Shown piece after piece: positions 37,130 to 47,100 of a stretch of DNA of 48,616 bases (within the stretch, counting starts at the first letter, position 1; each line of letters starts with the position of its first letter). The notes beneath the pieces are model-generated. The model had not been told where the DNA came from. It searched no databases and saw only the letters and a list, made by a program, of their open reading frames with translations. The position numbers were made by a program, and so were the translations under genes. The stretch is from Candidatus Lindowbacteria bacterium RIFCSPLOWO2_12_FULL_62_27 (GTDB taxonomy: Bacteria > Lindowbacteria > 2-12-FULL-62-27): NCBI GenBank assembly GCA_001784175.1, contig MFPR01000009.1, forward strand, positions 1-48,616, read 5' to 3'.

Positions 37130-37203
37130 CGGCCCCGGGCGGAGTCGAACCGCCGACCTTGTCCTTAGGAGGAACCTGCTCTATCCAGCTGAGCTACGGG
37201 GCC
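37130..37203 (-). tRNA. tRNA-Arg (anticodon CCT); CCA not encoded
   Basis: GGCCCCG acceptor stem; TAGCTCAGCTGGATAGAGC D-arm; CT-CCT-AA loop; GGCGG-TTCGACT-CCGCC T-arm. Confidence 0.96.
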
Positions 37204-37263
37204 AAGGTCAAAATTGTGCCCTTCGAGGAGGGATGTTGCAAGTCCGGGATCATCGCCCGGAGG

Positions 37264-40200
37264 TTATTGCTCCAACTTGCTCAATTTCTTTTCCGCGCGC
37301 CGGATGTACTCTTTGGCGAGAATGTGTTCTGGATCGGCGGCGAGGACGCGGTTCCAGTCGGCGATGGCTTCGCGGTACCGGCCGCTCGTGTAGTGGGACA
37401 TGCCCGAGTAGAGATATTTTTTGTAGTCGGCGGACTTTGATTCGTTCCAGATTTTTCTCCACGCCCCGGCCTTCGATTCGGCTTCTCTCAACGACTGCCG
37501 GATGCCCGTGTTTTCCGGATCTTGCTTGCGCGCCTTTTGGTATAGATCCATCGCCTTCTGAATGCGGCCGAGGGCCAGATCGTAGCGGGATTGCAGCGCC
37601 GCCTGGTCGGCGGATTGCGCGTGCTGGGTCGCGGACGCAACCAGCCGCTCGACGGACTCGCGATCCCTGCCCCGGAGGGCCTGGCGGCATTTTTCGATAA
37701 AGTCCCGCACCGACGCGTCGTCGGGACGCAAGACAGCGACAGATTGGAATTTGGCCATGGCCGTCTTGTAGTCAGCGCTCTGAAACGCCTGGAGCGCTTC
37801 GCGGTATACCTCATCGACCTGAACGTACCGGCTCAGTTCCCGGATCAACCTTTGAATCTCCGGCTGGTCGGGCTGCAGCTCCCGCGCCGCTTCGAGGTGC
37901 TCAAGCGCCTCGCGATGGGCGCCGGCCCGATAGGATTCAATGGCCATGCCGGTCAATTCTTCCGCGCGCGCGACATCCTCGAGCCGGTCCGCCGCATTCC
38001 GGCGTTCTTCCACCACGCGGTCCATTCCGGCGGCGGCGTCCGGATTTTGCGGATCGACGAGGAGGACCGACCGGAACGCGGCCTGGGCATCGTCCCAGCG
38101 CTGCGCCTCCGCGTGCGATTGCCCCTCGGCGATCCAAAGCGGAATCTGGCTGTTGAGCGATTCTTTCACCAGACGAATCCGGCCCTGCACTTCCGGGTGG
38201 TCGGGCGCGAGCGATTCCGCGCGCGCGTAGTTTTCGAGCGCGTCCACCAGCCGGCCGGCCTGATAGTGCCCATCGCCGGCGCGCAGGTATTCCGCCAGAA
38301 GTTCCGCCGACTCCGCCCATTCGGCCTCGCGGACGGCGATATCGATCTGCTCGCGGGCTTTCTCAACGAACCGTTGAAGTTCCGGCGAGGGATCGGAACC
38401 GAATTCCGTGACAAGACTCTGCCAGGCCGCCACCGCGTCGTTGAACCGGCGCGTGTCGAAGAACTCCTGGCCCTGCCGCCCCAGACCGGCGGCGCGCCCG
38501 AGTTTCGCCTGCGCCTGCGCCTTCTCGTCAGCCTTTGATTTCAATTCGAGCGCCGGCTGGGAGGCCGGGTCGAGCGCAAGCAATTCAGAGAGCGCCTCCG
38601 CCGACTTGTCGTAGGCGCCGGCCTGGTAGAAATATTCGGCGCGCGCGAGAGACTCTCGGAGGAGCGACGACAGCCGGGCCCGGGCGTCGCTCTGGCCTTG
38701 CGCGGCGACCGGATTGAACGGATCGACCGTCAAGATCCGGTTGTAGGACAGGATCGATTCCTTGTAGGCGCCCTGTTCCGCCAGTTTGGCGGCCAGCCGG
38801 GTTTGAGATTCGATGAAGTCGACAATTTTATCCCAGTGTTTTTCAATCCGCGTTCTGGCTTCGGTGTTCTCCGGATCGAGGTCGATCGCCTTATGCCAGC
38901 GTTCAACCGCCGCGTCCACGCGGCCCTGCGTCATCTCTTCGTCTCCTTCACTGAGAAGCGCCCGCAGTGACTGGTTCTGTTGGGCGAGAATGTGGTTCAG
39001 CAGGTCATGTGCTTCGGCATGGGCCGGAAGAAGCGCCAGGCTGTGGGAGACCATCCGTTCCGCGCGCCCCCACCGCTCGTTGAGGAAATCGGCCGCGGCC
39101 GTGCGGAAATACCGTTCGGCCTCCACGCGGCGCTCGTCCGCGTCGAATCGCGCCTTCTGGAAGGCCAGAATCTGTTCGACGACCTCTCCGGCCGCCGGAT
39201 GCGCGGGGACATGGGAGAGAACTTTCTGGAAATGATCGAGGGCCGCGGCCCAGTCTCCGGCGCGATATCGCGAGAGACCCTGCAAGTGCCACTCACGGAC
39301 CCTGCGGTCGCGCGAAACGGTTTCGTTTCGTCTTTTCGAGCTTTCCAGATACTGCCGGGCCGGTTCGATGTCCGGGCGGAAATAGACGACCGCCGTCATG
39401 GCCTCTTCCGCTGCCTGATAATCCGCCTGCAAAAATTTGAGGCGGCCCCGCGCGAACGTGGATTCCACATACTGGGGCACGCCGGCATCCAGCCGCGTCT
39501 TCGCGTCCCGGGCCGGCGCGAACTGCGGATCGTACTCGAGGATCGACGCGAGGGCCTGGTGGGCTTCCATCCACCGGCCGGCCTCCATCTGCCGGCCGAC
39601 GCTGTCCCACGGGTCCGTCACCCGGCGGCGGTATTCCTCGTTGGAGGATTCGATGTAGGACCGGGCCACGGGATTTTGCGGCTGCAATTTCATCGCGCTT
39701 TCCCATTCGCCCACCGCCTGCCGGTGTTCCTTTTCGGACTTCATGAGAAGCCCGCGCTGGATTTTGGCCGAGACGATATCGCCGTGAGACCGGCCGAATT
39801 CGTAGGACAGGCCGATCCGCTGGAAATTGTTGTCGAGATCGTCGGACGGCTCGAAGGCGTAATCGAATTTCATGTCCTGGAACCGGAAGCCGAATCCGAT
39901 CGTAGGTTCGTCGCCGTCGAGACCCGCGCGAACGGCCAGCCAAGTGAGCGGCCGCCATTCGACGCCGAAGTGCATCCGTTGCGGGCCTTTCGACGGGACG
40001 TCGGCGTCCAGCGCGAGGAGGAGCCACTCGACTGGCTGAAACGCCGCGCCGAATTTGAAATTGGACGGAATGCGGTCGGATGCGCGGTCGAGCTTGATCG
40101 AGGGCTGCAGGAGATTCTGCGCGTTCAAGCCGAGGCTCAGTCGGTCGTTCAGCACGTTGGACTGCCGCGCGCGGCGGATGACCGTTTCAAAGAACGGGAT

Positions 40201-41109
40201 CGCGTCTTTCAGCTTGCCCGCATCGTACAGCCGGACGCCCTCACGGAACCAGTCGTCGAGGGTGGACGCGCCGGTTTTCCGTTTCATGAACTCCGCAACG
40301 GCGGTCTGGCCATTGGCGGGAGACCACGATTTCAACCGGGCGTCCAGCGAGCGGTCGCGATCCGCCGTTCGCGCCAGCATCACGCGGGCCCGGGCATGGC
40401 GGGGATCGGTTTCGAGCGTCTTCTGGAAATTCTCAAACGCCTCCGTGAATTTGCCCGTCTCGAACGCGCGCGCGCCGCGTTCGAAGTAACGGTCGGCGTC
40501 CAGCCGGAGTTCCTCCTGCGCGAGGCGCAGATAGGCGCGGCTGTATTCCAGATGCGCGTGCGTGAACCGGTACAGCACGCCGGCGTCGAGGCCGACGCCG
40601 GTGCCCGAAAAGCCGCCTCCCTGATGTCGGACCAGATGGAGGCTTGAGCCGAGATAGAGTCCCTGCGTCATCTGCTTGCCGTAGCCGAACATCAGGTTCA
40701 TCTTGCCGACGTCGAACGTTCCCAGATTGGTGCCGAACTCATCCCGGCGCACGAGGTCGTCGGCGCCCTCGAGGATCAGCCCGCCGCCGATCGTGCCGAA
40801 CCGGCCGACCGGGTGTTTGTACGCGAGCATGTTGTAGAACGTGTTGTCAAAGAACGGCTGAGAATACTGCCCGAACATCTCTTTGCGGCGGTCGCGGTCC
40901 AGGGCGGACGGATTCCAGAACACGGCGGTCGCGTCGCTTCCCGCGGCCACAAAGGCGTTGCCCATGCCGCTGGGCCGCGCGCCGAATCCGAGGATCGTGC
41001 TGGGATCGACAACGCCGCCAGATTGGGACTTGGCGGAAACAGCAATCGGACAGAGGAGGGACAGCGCCAGGCTCGTGAGGAGACCGAAGATCTTGCGCCG
41101 GCCGTTCAT
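37264..41109 (-). CDS. PorV/PorQ-like (UPF0164-type) beta-barrel with an internal TPR insertion and a long C-terminal TPR array
   Basis: Signal peptide from ATG 41109 (ATGA-coupled to the upstream gene); GARPSGMGNAFVA..SDATAVFWNPSAL; DYAF...RIGLSYEFG; many TPRs. Confidence 0.87.
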   Translation of the reverse strand: MNGRRKIFGLLTSLALSLLCPIAVSAKSQSGGVVDPSTILGFGARPSGMGNAFVAAGSDATAVFWNPSALDRDRRKEMFGQYSQPFFDNTFYNMLAYKHPVGRFGTIGGGLILEGADDLVRRDEFGTNLGTFDVGKMNLMFGYGKQMTQGLYLGSSLHLVRHQGGGFSGTGVGLDAGVLYRFTHAHLEYSRAYLRLAQEELRLDADRYFERGARAFETGKFTEAFENFQKTLETDPRHARARVMLARTADRDRSLDARLKSWSPANGQTAVAEFMKRKTGASTLDDWFREGVRLYDAGKLKDAIPFFETVIRRARQSNVLNDRLSLGLNAQNLLQPSIKLDRASDRIPSNFKFGAAFQPVEWLLLALDADVPSKGPQRMHFGVEWRPLTWLAVRAGLDGDEPTIGFGFRFQDMKFDYAFEPSDDLDNNFQRIGLSYEFGRSHGDIVSAKIQRGLLMKSEKEHRQAVGEWESAMKLQPQNPVARSYIESSNEEYRRRVTDPWDSVGRQMEAGRWMEAHQALASILEYDPQFAPARDAKTRLDAGVPQYVESTFARGRLKFLQADYQAAEEAMTAVVYFRPDIEPARQYLESSKRRNETVSRDRRVREWHLQGLSRYRAGDWAAALDHFQKVLSHVPAHPAAGEVVEQILAFQKARFDADERRVEAERYFRTAAADFLNERWGRAERMVSHSLALLPAHAEAHDLLNHILAQQNQSLRALLSEGDEEMTQGRVDAAVERWHKAIDLDPENTEARTRIEKHWDKIVDFIESQTRLAAKLAEQGAYKESILSYNRILTVDPFNPVAAQGQSDARARLSSLLRESLARAEYFYQAGAYDKSAEALSELLALDPASQPALELKSKADEKAQAQAKLGRAAGLGRQGQEFFDTRRFNDAVAAWQSLVTEFGSDPSPELQRFVEKAREQIDIAVREAEWAESAELLAEYLRAGDGHYQAGRLVDALENYARAESLAPDHPEVQGRIRLVKESLNSQIPLWIAEGQSHAEAQRWDDAQAAFRSVLLVDPQNPDAAAGMDRVVEERRNAADRLEDVARAEELTGMAIESYRAGAHREALEHLEAARELQPDQPEIQRLIRELSRYVQVDEVYREALQAFQSADYKTAMAKFQSVAVLRPDDASVRDFIEKCRQALRGRDRESVERLVASATQHAQSADQAALQSRYDLALGRIQKAMDLYQKARKQDPENTGIRQSLREAESKAGAWRKIWNESKSADYKKYLYSGMSHYTSGRYREAIADWNRVLAADPEHILAKEYIRRAEKKLSKLEQ

Positions 41110-44100
41110 TTGACCACCATGATCCGGTCGGCCGCGACTTCGGACGACCCGTCGGTGTACTCGATCACAGCGCGGACGAAGTAGACGCCGTTCAGGACCG
41201 TCTGGCCCCGGCCATTTTTTCCGTCCCACGTCCGCTTCGTCAGCGTCGCCGCGTCGCCGAAAAGGTTTCCGGCCGCATAGGCGGTCGGCCCGATTTCGCG
41301 GACGAGCTGGCCGGCGAAATCGTAGATGCGGATGGTGACGGCGCCGGCCTTCGGCATGTTCCACGCGAACTGGAATCCCTGCCAGGAACCTGACGTGCCG
41401 GTGTACGTGACGGCGGGGTTGGCCGGATTCGGGAACGACCGGAACGATTCGGTCACCGTGCCGGAGGCAAAGGCGAAGACGACCGCAAAGACGGAGAAGC
41501 TGGTCGTCGGCGCGCGAATCGTCACCGTGCTTCCGTAATCGTCGAGCTGTGCGGTCAGAATTTCCCAGACCCCGGCGTCCTCCTTGAAATGCGCCATCCT
41601 CAGCATGCTGGCGTTCAGCACCGCGCCTTTGGCCTCCAGAAACTCGGTCGGCTTGATGATGGAAATGGCCACGTCCACCGGATTGAGGAAATCGGTCTGG
41701 CCGAGCGCGATCAGCGACGCGGAATCCGCCGGGTTCAATTTCTTCAGCGAGAAGTCATACATGGATTTTCCGAGACCGGCCGGAATCGGCTGGTACTGCG
41801 GATGCGCGGAGAGAACGTTCCGCGCGGTTTGCAGAACAGGATTGGTGTCGTCCGGGACAAAGACCTGCGGCCAGACCGATTTCACCTCGGGCACAATGTC
41901 CCCGCTGTCGATCTTCATCGTGGCCTTGCCGTCCTGCGAGGCCGTGACCAGTTCGCCCTGCGACGTCTGGAGAATCTGGAAGACCGACACGAACTCCGCC
42001 TGGAGCGAATCCGGCGGCGCGTCGCGGTCCTTGATCGACGTGCTCACCCGGATCTGGAAGGATTTACCGGCCGGCCATTCGGTGTCGGCGTAGATCGCGA
42101 CGATTTCGATGGTGCGACTGTCCGGCAGGCGGACGGATTTCGTCCGGCTGGTTCCGTTTTCATCGACGATGCGGACACCGGTTTCGTCGGCCGAACCGGA
42201 GTCGATGGGAACATTGAAGACGATGCGAATCGGCAGAAGCGCGGTATCGAAGGGCGGCGGGAGGACGTAGGCGCCATTGGACGGATTGACGGATGTGACG
42301 GCCGGGTACCGCGAGCGCACGGTGACGGTCCTGGAGGTCAGCGGCAGGCCGGAAATATCCGGCGTGCGGTTCGAAATTCCGCCGGTGGCCGTCAGGTCGG
42401 AAACGGACTGAATTTGCACATGGAAGGTGTCGCCATCGTTCAGAGACGCCGCTGTCTGATAGACCACAAGGATCGAAACCGTGTCGTTCGTCCGGAGGAC
42501 GATGGTGTCGCCCTGTAGATCGGCGGCGCCGCCGGACAGGGTCCCCGCGGCGAAGAGGGTGTCGGCGGCGTCCAGCATTCCGGGCGTTCCGGCGTCCCGG
42601 TAGAGTGCGACGGCCGTGACGCCGGACGCGCTCATGGAACCGCCGTGCGACACGCGGATTCTGCGGATGCCGACCGACTCTTTCTCATCGGCGCTGAGAT
42701 CGAACCGCGCGACGGCCTGGGTGTCGCGTTCCTGAATGGACAGGTCCGCAGGCTGCGTGTCGGACAGCGTCAAACGCAGGTTCCCGCGGAACGCTTCCAC
42801 GATAACGAGTTTGGTGTCCGCGCCGCCTTCGGGGTCCTGATACACCGCCAAGATCCGGCTGTCAGGCCCCACGGAGAGAATACCGTCTTCGGCGGCGAGG
42901 GCGGTCGTTTCGAGGAGGGCGATACCCAGGCTCCTGAATATCCCGGACGTTTCGCCGGTTTCGGTCAGGACCAGCGTCTGCGTGTCGAGGCCGGACGCGC
43001 CGGTCGAGGCGACGGTCAAAACCACGCGGACCGTGTCGGCGGCCTGCGGATTGCGATTTTCGTCCGCGTCGGCGACTTCGACGAAAATGCTGTCGCCCAC
43101 CTGGAACGTGTCGGCCGGCGCTGCAAACTGCGTGTCCCTGAAGAGGCGGATCTGCCCGGCTACCGGAGAATCGACGACGAGCGCGGTGTCCGAGGCGGCG
43201 TCCGATCCCGTGTTGGGATCCTGGTAAGCGGCATGCAGCGTATCGCCGAGGCCGGCGGCGAGCCGCCCGTCTCCTGAGATGAGCGGGAACTGCGTATCGA
43301 CAACGGCGATCGGCGAGCTTCTAAACGCGCCGGTCGTCTCGCCCGATTCGGTCAGGACGAGCGATTCCGTGTCGAGGAGGATCCCGATACCTCCGCCGGC
43401 GGTCGAACCGTTGCCGACGTACACGGTGACGGCAACGGTTTCCTTCCGGGTTGGGTCCCGATTCTCGTCCGTGTCGAGCACTTCGACGTAGAGCGCGTCG
43501 TTTCGGGCGAGTACCGTGTCTACGCCGTCGGTGAACACGGCATTCTCGTAGAATTGAATGGAGGCCGTTGTCGGTATTTCGATCGCCAGCGCCGTGTCTG
43601 AACGGGACTCGGACGTTCCCGACACGTCTTGATATGCGACGTGAATCGTGTCTTTTGATCCCCAGCCCAGCCGGCCGTCTCCGGCGGCCGGTACTACCTG
43701 ATCGGTGAGCGCGATCGCGCCGCTCAAGAAGGTTCCGGACGTTTCGGTCGACTCGGTCAACACGAGCGTTTCGGTGTCGAGAAGCGTGCCGCTCGCGTCG
43801 TCGCCGACGGTCACGGTGACGGAAACGGTGTCCTTCACTTGAGGATTGCGATTCTCGTCCGTGTCCTGGATCAGGACGTACAAGGCATCACGCGTGAGGT
43901 ACGTGTCGACGTCGTCGGTGAACGCCGCGTTTTCGAACAGTTGCAGGGCGGCGGACGACGCGATCTCGATGGCAAGGGCCGTGTCGGATACTTGATCGGA
44001 CGAATCGTTTTCGTCGACATAGGCCGCGTGAAGCGTGTCGCCGGCGCCCCAGCTCAGGATTCCGTCGTTCGGCCGGGGCGCGACCGTATCGACGATCGAG

Positions 44101-47100
44101 ACCGCCGCCAGCCGGAAAATAGCGGACGCGTCGCCGGTTTCCGTCAGAACGAACGTTTCCGTATCGACGACCTCTCCGCTCTTGTGATCGCCCACGTAGA
44201 GGGTGACGGTCAGCGTGTCCGGTTTCGCCGTATCAAGATTCTCATCGCTGTCCCGGACTTCGAGGTAGATCGCGTCCCGGGACAGGAAGGTGTCGACCTC
44301 GTCGCCGTAGGCCGCGTCCTCGTAGAGTTTGACGACCGACGTTGTTTTGACCACGAACCGGCGGGTGTCGGACGCCGGACCGATATTCTTGATCCGGTCG
44401 ATGGCGCGAACACGCCAATAGTACGTGCCGTAGATCGACAAGGCCGAAAGGGTGTCCTGCGTGCGGCTTCCACTTACGGTGTCCGTCAGCGCAAGCGTTT
44501 CAAAGCTGATCAGGCGCGAGACTTCGACGATATAGGAATCGATGCCCACACTGTCCGCCACGGAAACCCAGGACACGACCGGCGTCAGGTTCGATGTCTC
44601 ATGCGCGTCGGCCGGAAGGCTCAACGTCACCTGAAATACCTGCGAGTCATGTGTCCACCGGCGGGAGGCTGAGTGGGGTCCGACGTTGCCGAGCTTGTCG
44701 ATCGCCCGCGCGCGCCAGTAGAACGTGTCGTTGTACAATCCGGTGACGGTATCGGCGGAGAGCGCGGCGTCGACGGTATCGAGAAATACCGGGCTCGTGT
44801 ACGTCGTGTCCCGTGCGACTTCGACCGCGATGCTGTCGAGGCCGGCGCTGTCCGCGGGCGCCTGCCAGCTCAGCACAACACGCGCGTTGGATGTCTCGTG
44901 AGCGTCGGCCGGCAGAACCAGGGTGACCTGGCCGGCGGAAGAATCGAGCAGGAATCCGCGGATGGGCGTGGTGTCGAAATTGGCGCCCGCCGTATCGCGC
45001 GCGATGACGCGCCAGAAGTAGGTGTCCTCATGGCTCAGAGTCCGGACCACCGCCGTGGAGCGCGTGTCGACCACGCTGTCGGCGAGGGCGGCGAAACTTG
45101 CGACCTTGGAAAGCTGCCAGACGTAGGTTTCGCCGCCGGTGGAGGCCCATTCAAATCGCAGGGTGGGTGCCGTGGTTTCATGTCCATCTGCCGGTTGGAC
45201 GGCTGTGACCGTGACGGCGACGCCGATGACGATGCGGGACGAATCGGGGACAGTCGCACGCGCGTTGCCCAGATCGTCCACGGCCCGGATGCGCCAATAA
45301 TAGGTCCCGGAGGCCAGGAGGGTTGTCGTGTCGCTGGTGCGCGCGGCGTCGACGGTGTCGACAAAGGCCATCGCGGAGAAACTGCTGGTTGGGGAAACTT
45401 CCACAACGTAACTGTCGATCCCCACGCTGTCCGACAGGGCCTGCCAGGAAAAAACCACGTTGGCGTTCGTGGTTTCATGCCCGTTCGCCGGCGCGATCGT
45501 CTGGACCCGTCCCACGTCTGTGTCAGACAGCAGGCCGCGCGCCGCCGAGTATTGTCCGGCGTTCCCCAGATCGTCGATGGCGCGCGCACGCCAGAAGTAT
45601 GTGTCGTTGTACAGCCCGGTGACGGTGTCCGAGGTTCCGGCGCCGTCGATCGTGTCCGAGAACGTGAGGTTGGCAAATGCGGTCGTCTTTGACACTTCGA
45701 CGGCATACGAATCGATGCCCACACTGTCGGGCATAGCGCCCCATGCGAGGTTGATCGTCACGGCGGTCGTTTCGTGACCGTCCGGCGGCGCGGCAAGGGA
45801 CACCTGGCCGGCGGCGGTGTCGACGACGAACCCCCGCGCGGAGGACGGCGCGCCCACATTTCCCAGATCGTCGATCGCGCGCACACGCCAATAGTACGTG
45901 TCGTTGTACAGACCCGTAACGGTATCCGTCGTATTTGTCCCGTCCGTCGTATCCGCAAACACGATCGTTGTAAACGCACTCGTCTTTGACGCCTCGATCG
46001 CGTACGAGTCGATTCCCATGCTGTCCGCGGCCAAATTCCATGCGACACTCAGTGACGCGGCGCTGGTTTCATGACCGTCCGGCGGCGCGGCCGGGCTGAC
46101 TTGGATGACGAAGGTATCCACCAGGAACCCGCGGGCGGAACTCGTGTCGAAATTTCCCAGGCTGTTGCGGGCGACGACGCGCCAGAAGTACGTGTCGTTT
46201 TGTGACACGGTTCGGAAGAGGGCGGTCGCGGTTGTGTCCGCCACGCCATCGGCCAGGGAGTCGAAGGTCGACGTTTTGGAAAGCTGCCACGTGTAGGTCT
46301 CGGCGTTGGTTCCGAGCCACACAAACTGAAGGGTGGCCGCGGTGGTCTCATGGCCGTCGGACGGACTCGCCAAGGACACAGACGGCAGGGACGTGTCGAT
46401 GCGGAAACTGAGAGAATCGGAGTTCGATCCGACATTGCCCAGATCGTCGATCGCACGCACGCGCCAGAAGTACGTGTCGGCTGTGAGGCCCGGCGAGACG
46501 GTGTGGCCGGTCAGAGTTCCGTCCACGGTATCGGCATAGGCGTGGGTCGTGAAGCCCGAGCTTCTGGAGATGTCGACGGCGAAGCTGTCGACGCCGGCGC
46601 TGTCGGACAAGGCCGCCCAGCTCAAGGTCGGCGTGGTGTCGCCGGTCAAAGAACCGTTTGAAGGCCCGGTCAGGGCGACCTTGGCGACGGACGTGTCGAC
46701 AAGGAATCCGCGTGGGGTGGAGTTCGGCCCCACGTTCCCGAGATCGTCGACGGCCCGGACACGCCAGAAATATGTGTCGTTGTACAGCCCCGTCAGCGTG
46801 TCGCTCGTCATGCTGCCGTCCACGGTGTCCGTGAAGACCGCTGCTGTGAACGCCGTGGACTTCGATGCCTCCACCGCATAGGAATCAATCCCGGCGCTGT
46901 CGGCCACCGCGGTCCATGCGATCTGGACCGTCCCTGCGGCGGTTTCATGTCCGTCGGCCGGCGACGACACGGACACGCGTTCGACCGATGTGTCCAAGAG
47001 AAACCGGCGCGCGGCGGATGTATCATAATTGCCGAACGTGTCGCGCGCGATGACGCGCCAGAAATAGGTGTCCTCGTGCGTCAGAACGCGGATCAGGGAC

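Larger units (their letters stand above)
29193..37171. mobile_element. 7,979-bp tyrosine-integrase genomic island integrated in tRNA-Arg(CCT)
   Basis: Flanking direct repeats; integrase next to the tRNA; GGGCA(G/C)T arm-like repeats at both ends; metal-efflux and TA cargo. Confidence 0.9.

Noticed and set aside
29193..37171. Prophage or ICE
   Set aside because: No capsid, terminase, tail, relaxase or conjugation genes between the att sites.
41110..41364. N-terminal extension of the PorV-like ORF
   Set aside because: Overlaps the CTD of the giant gene; the signal peptide begins at ATG 41109.
37591..45692. Plus-strand ORFs opposite the PorV-TPR and giant genes (e.g. 38980..40647, 44673..45692)
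   Set aside because: Antisense shadows with no independent coding evidence.
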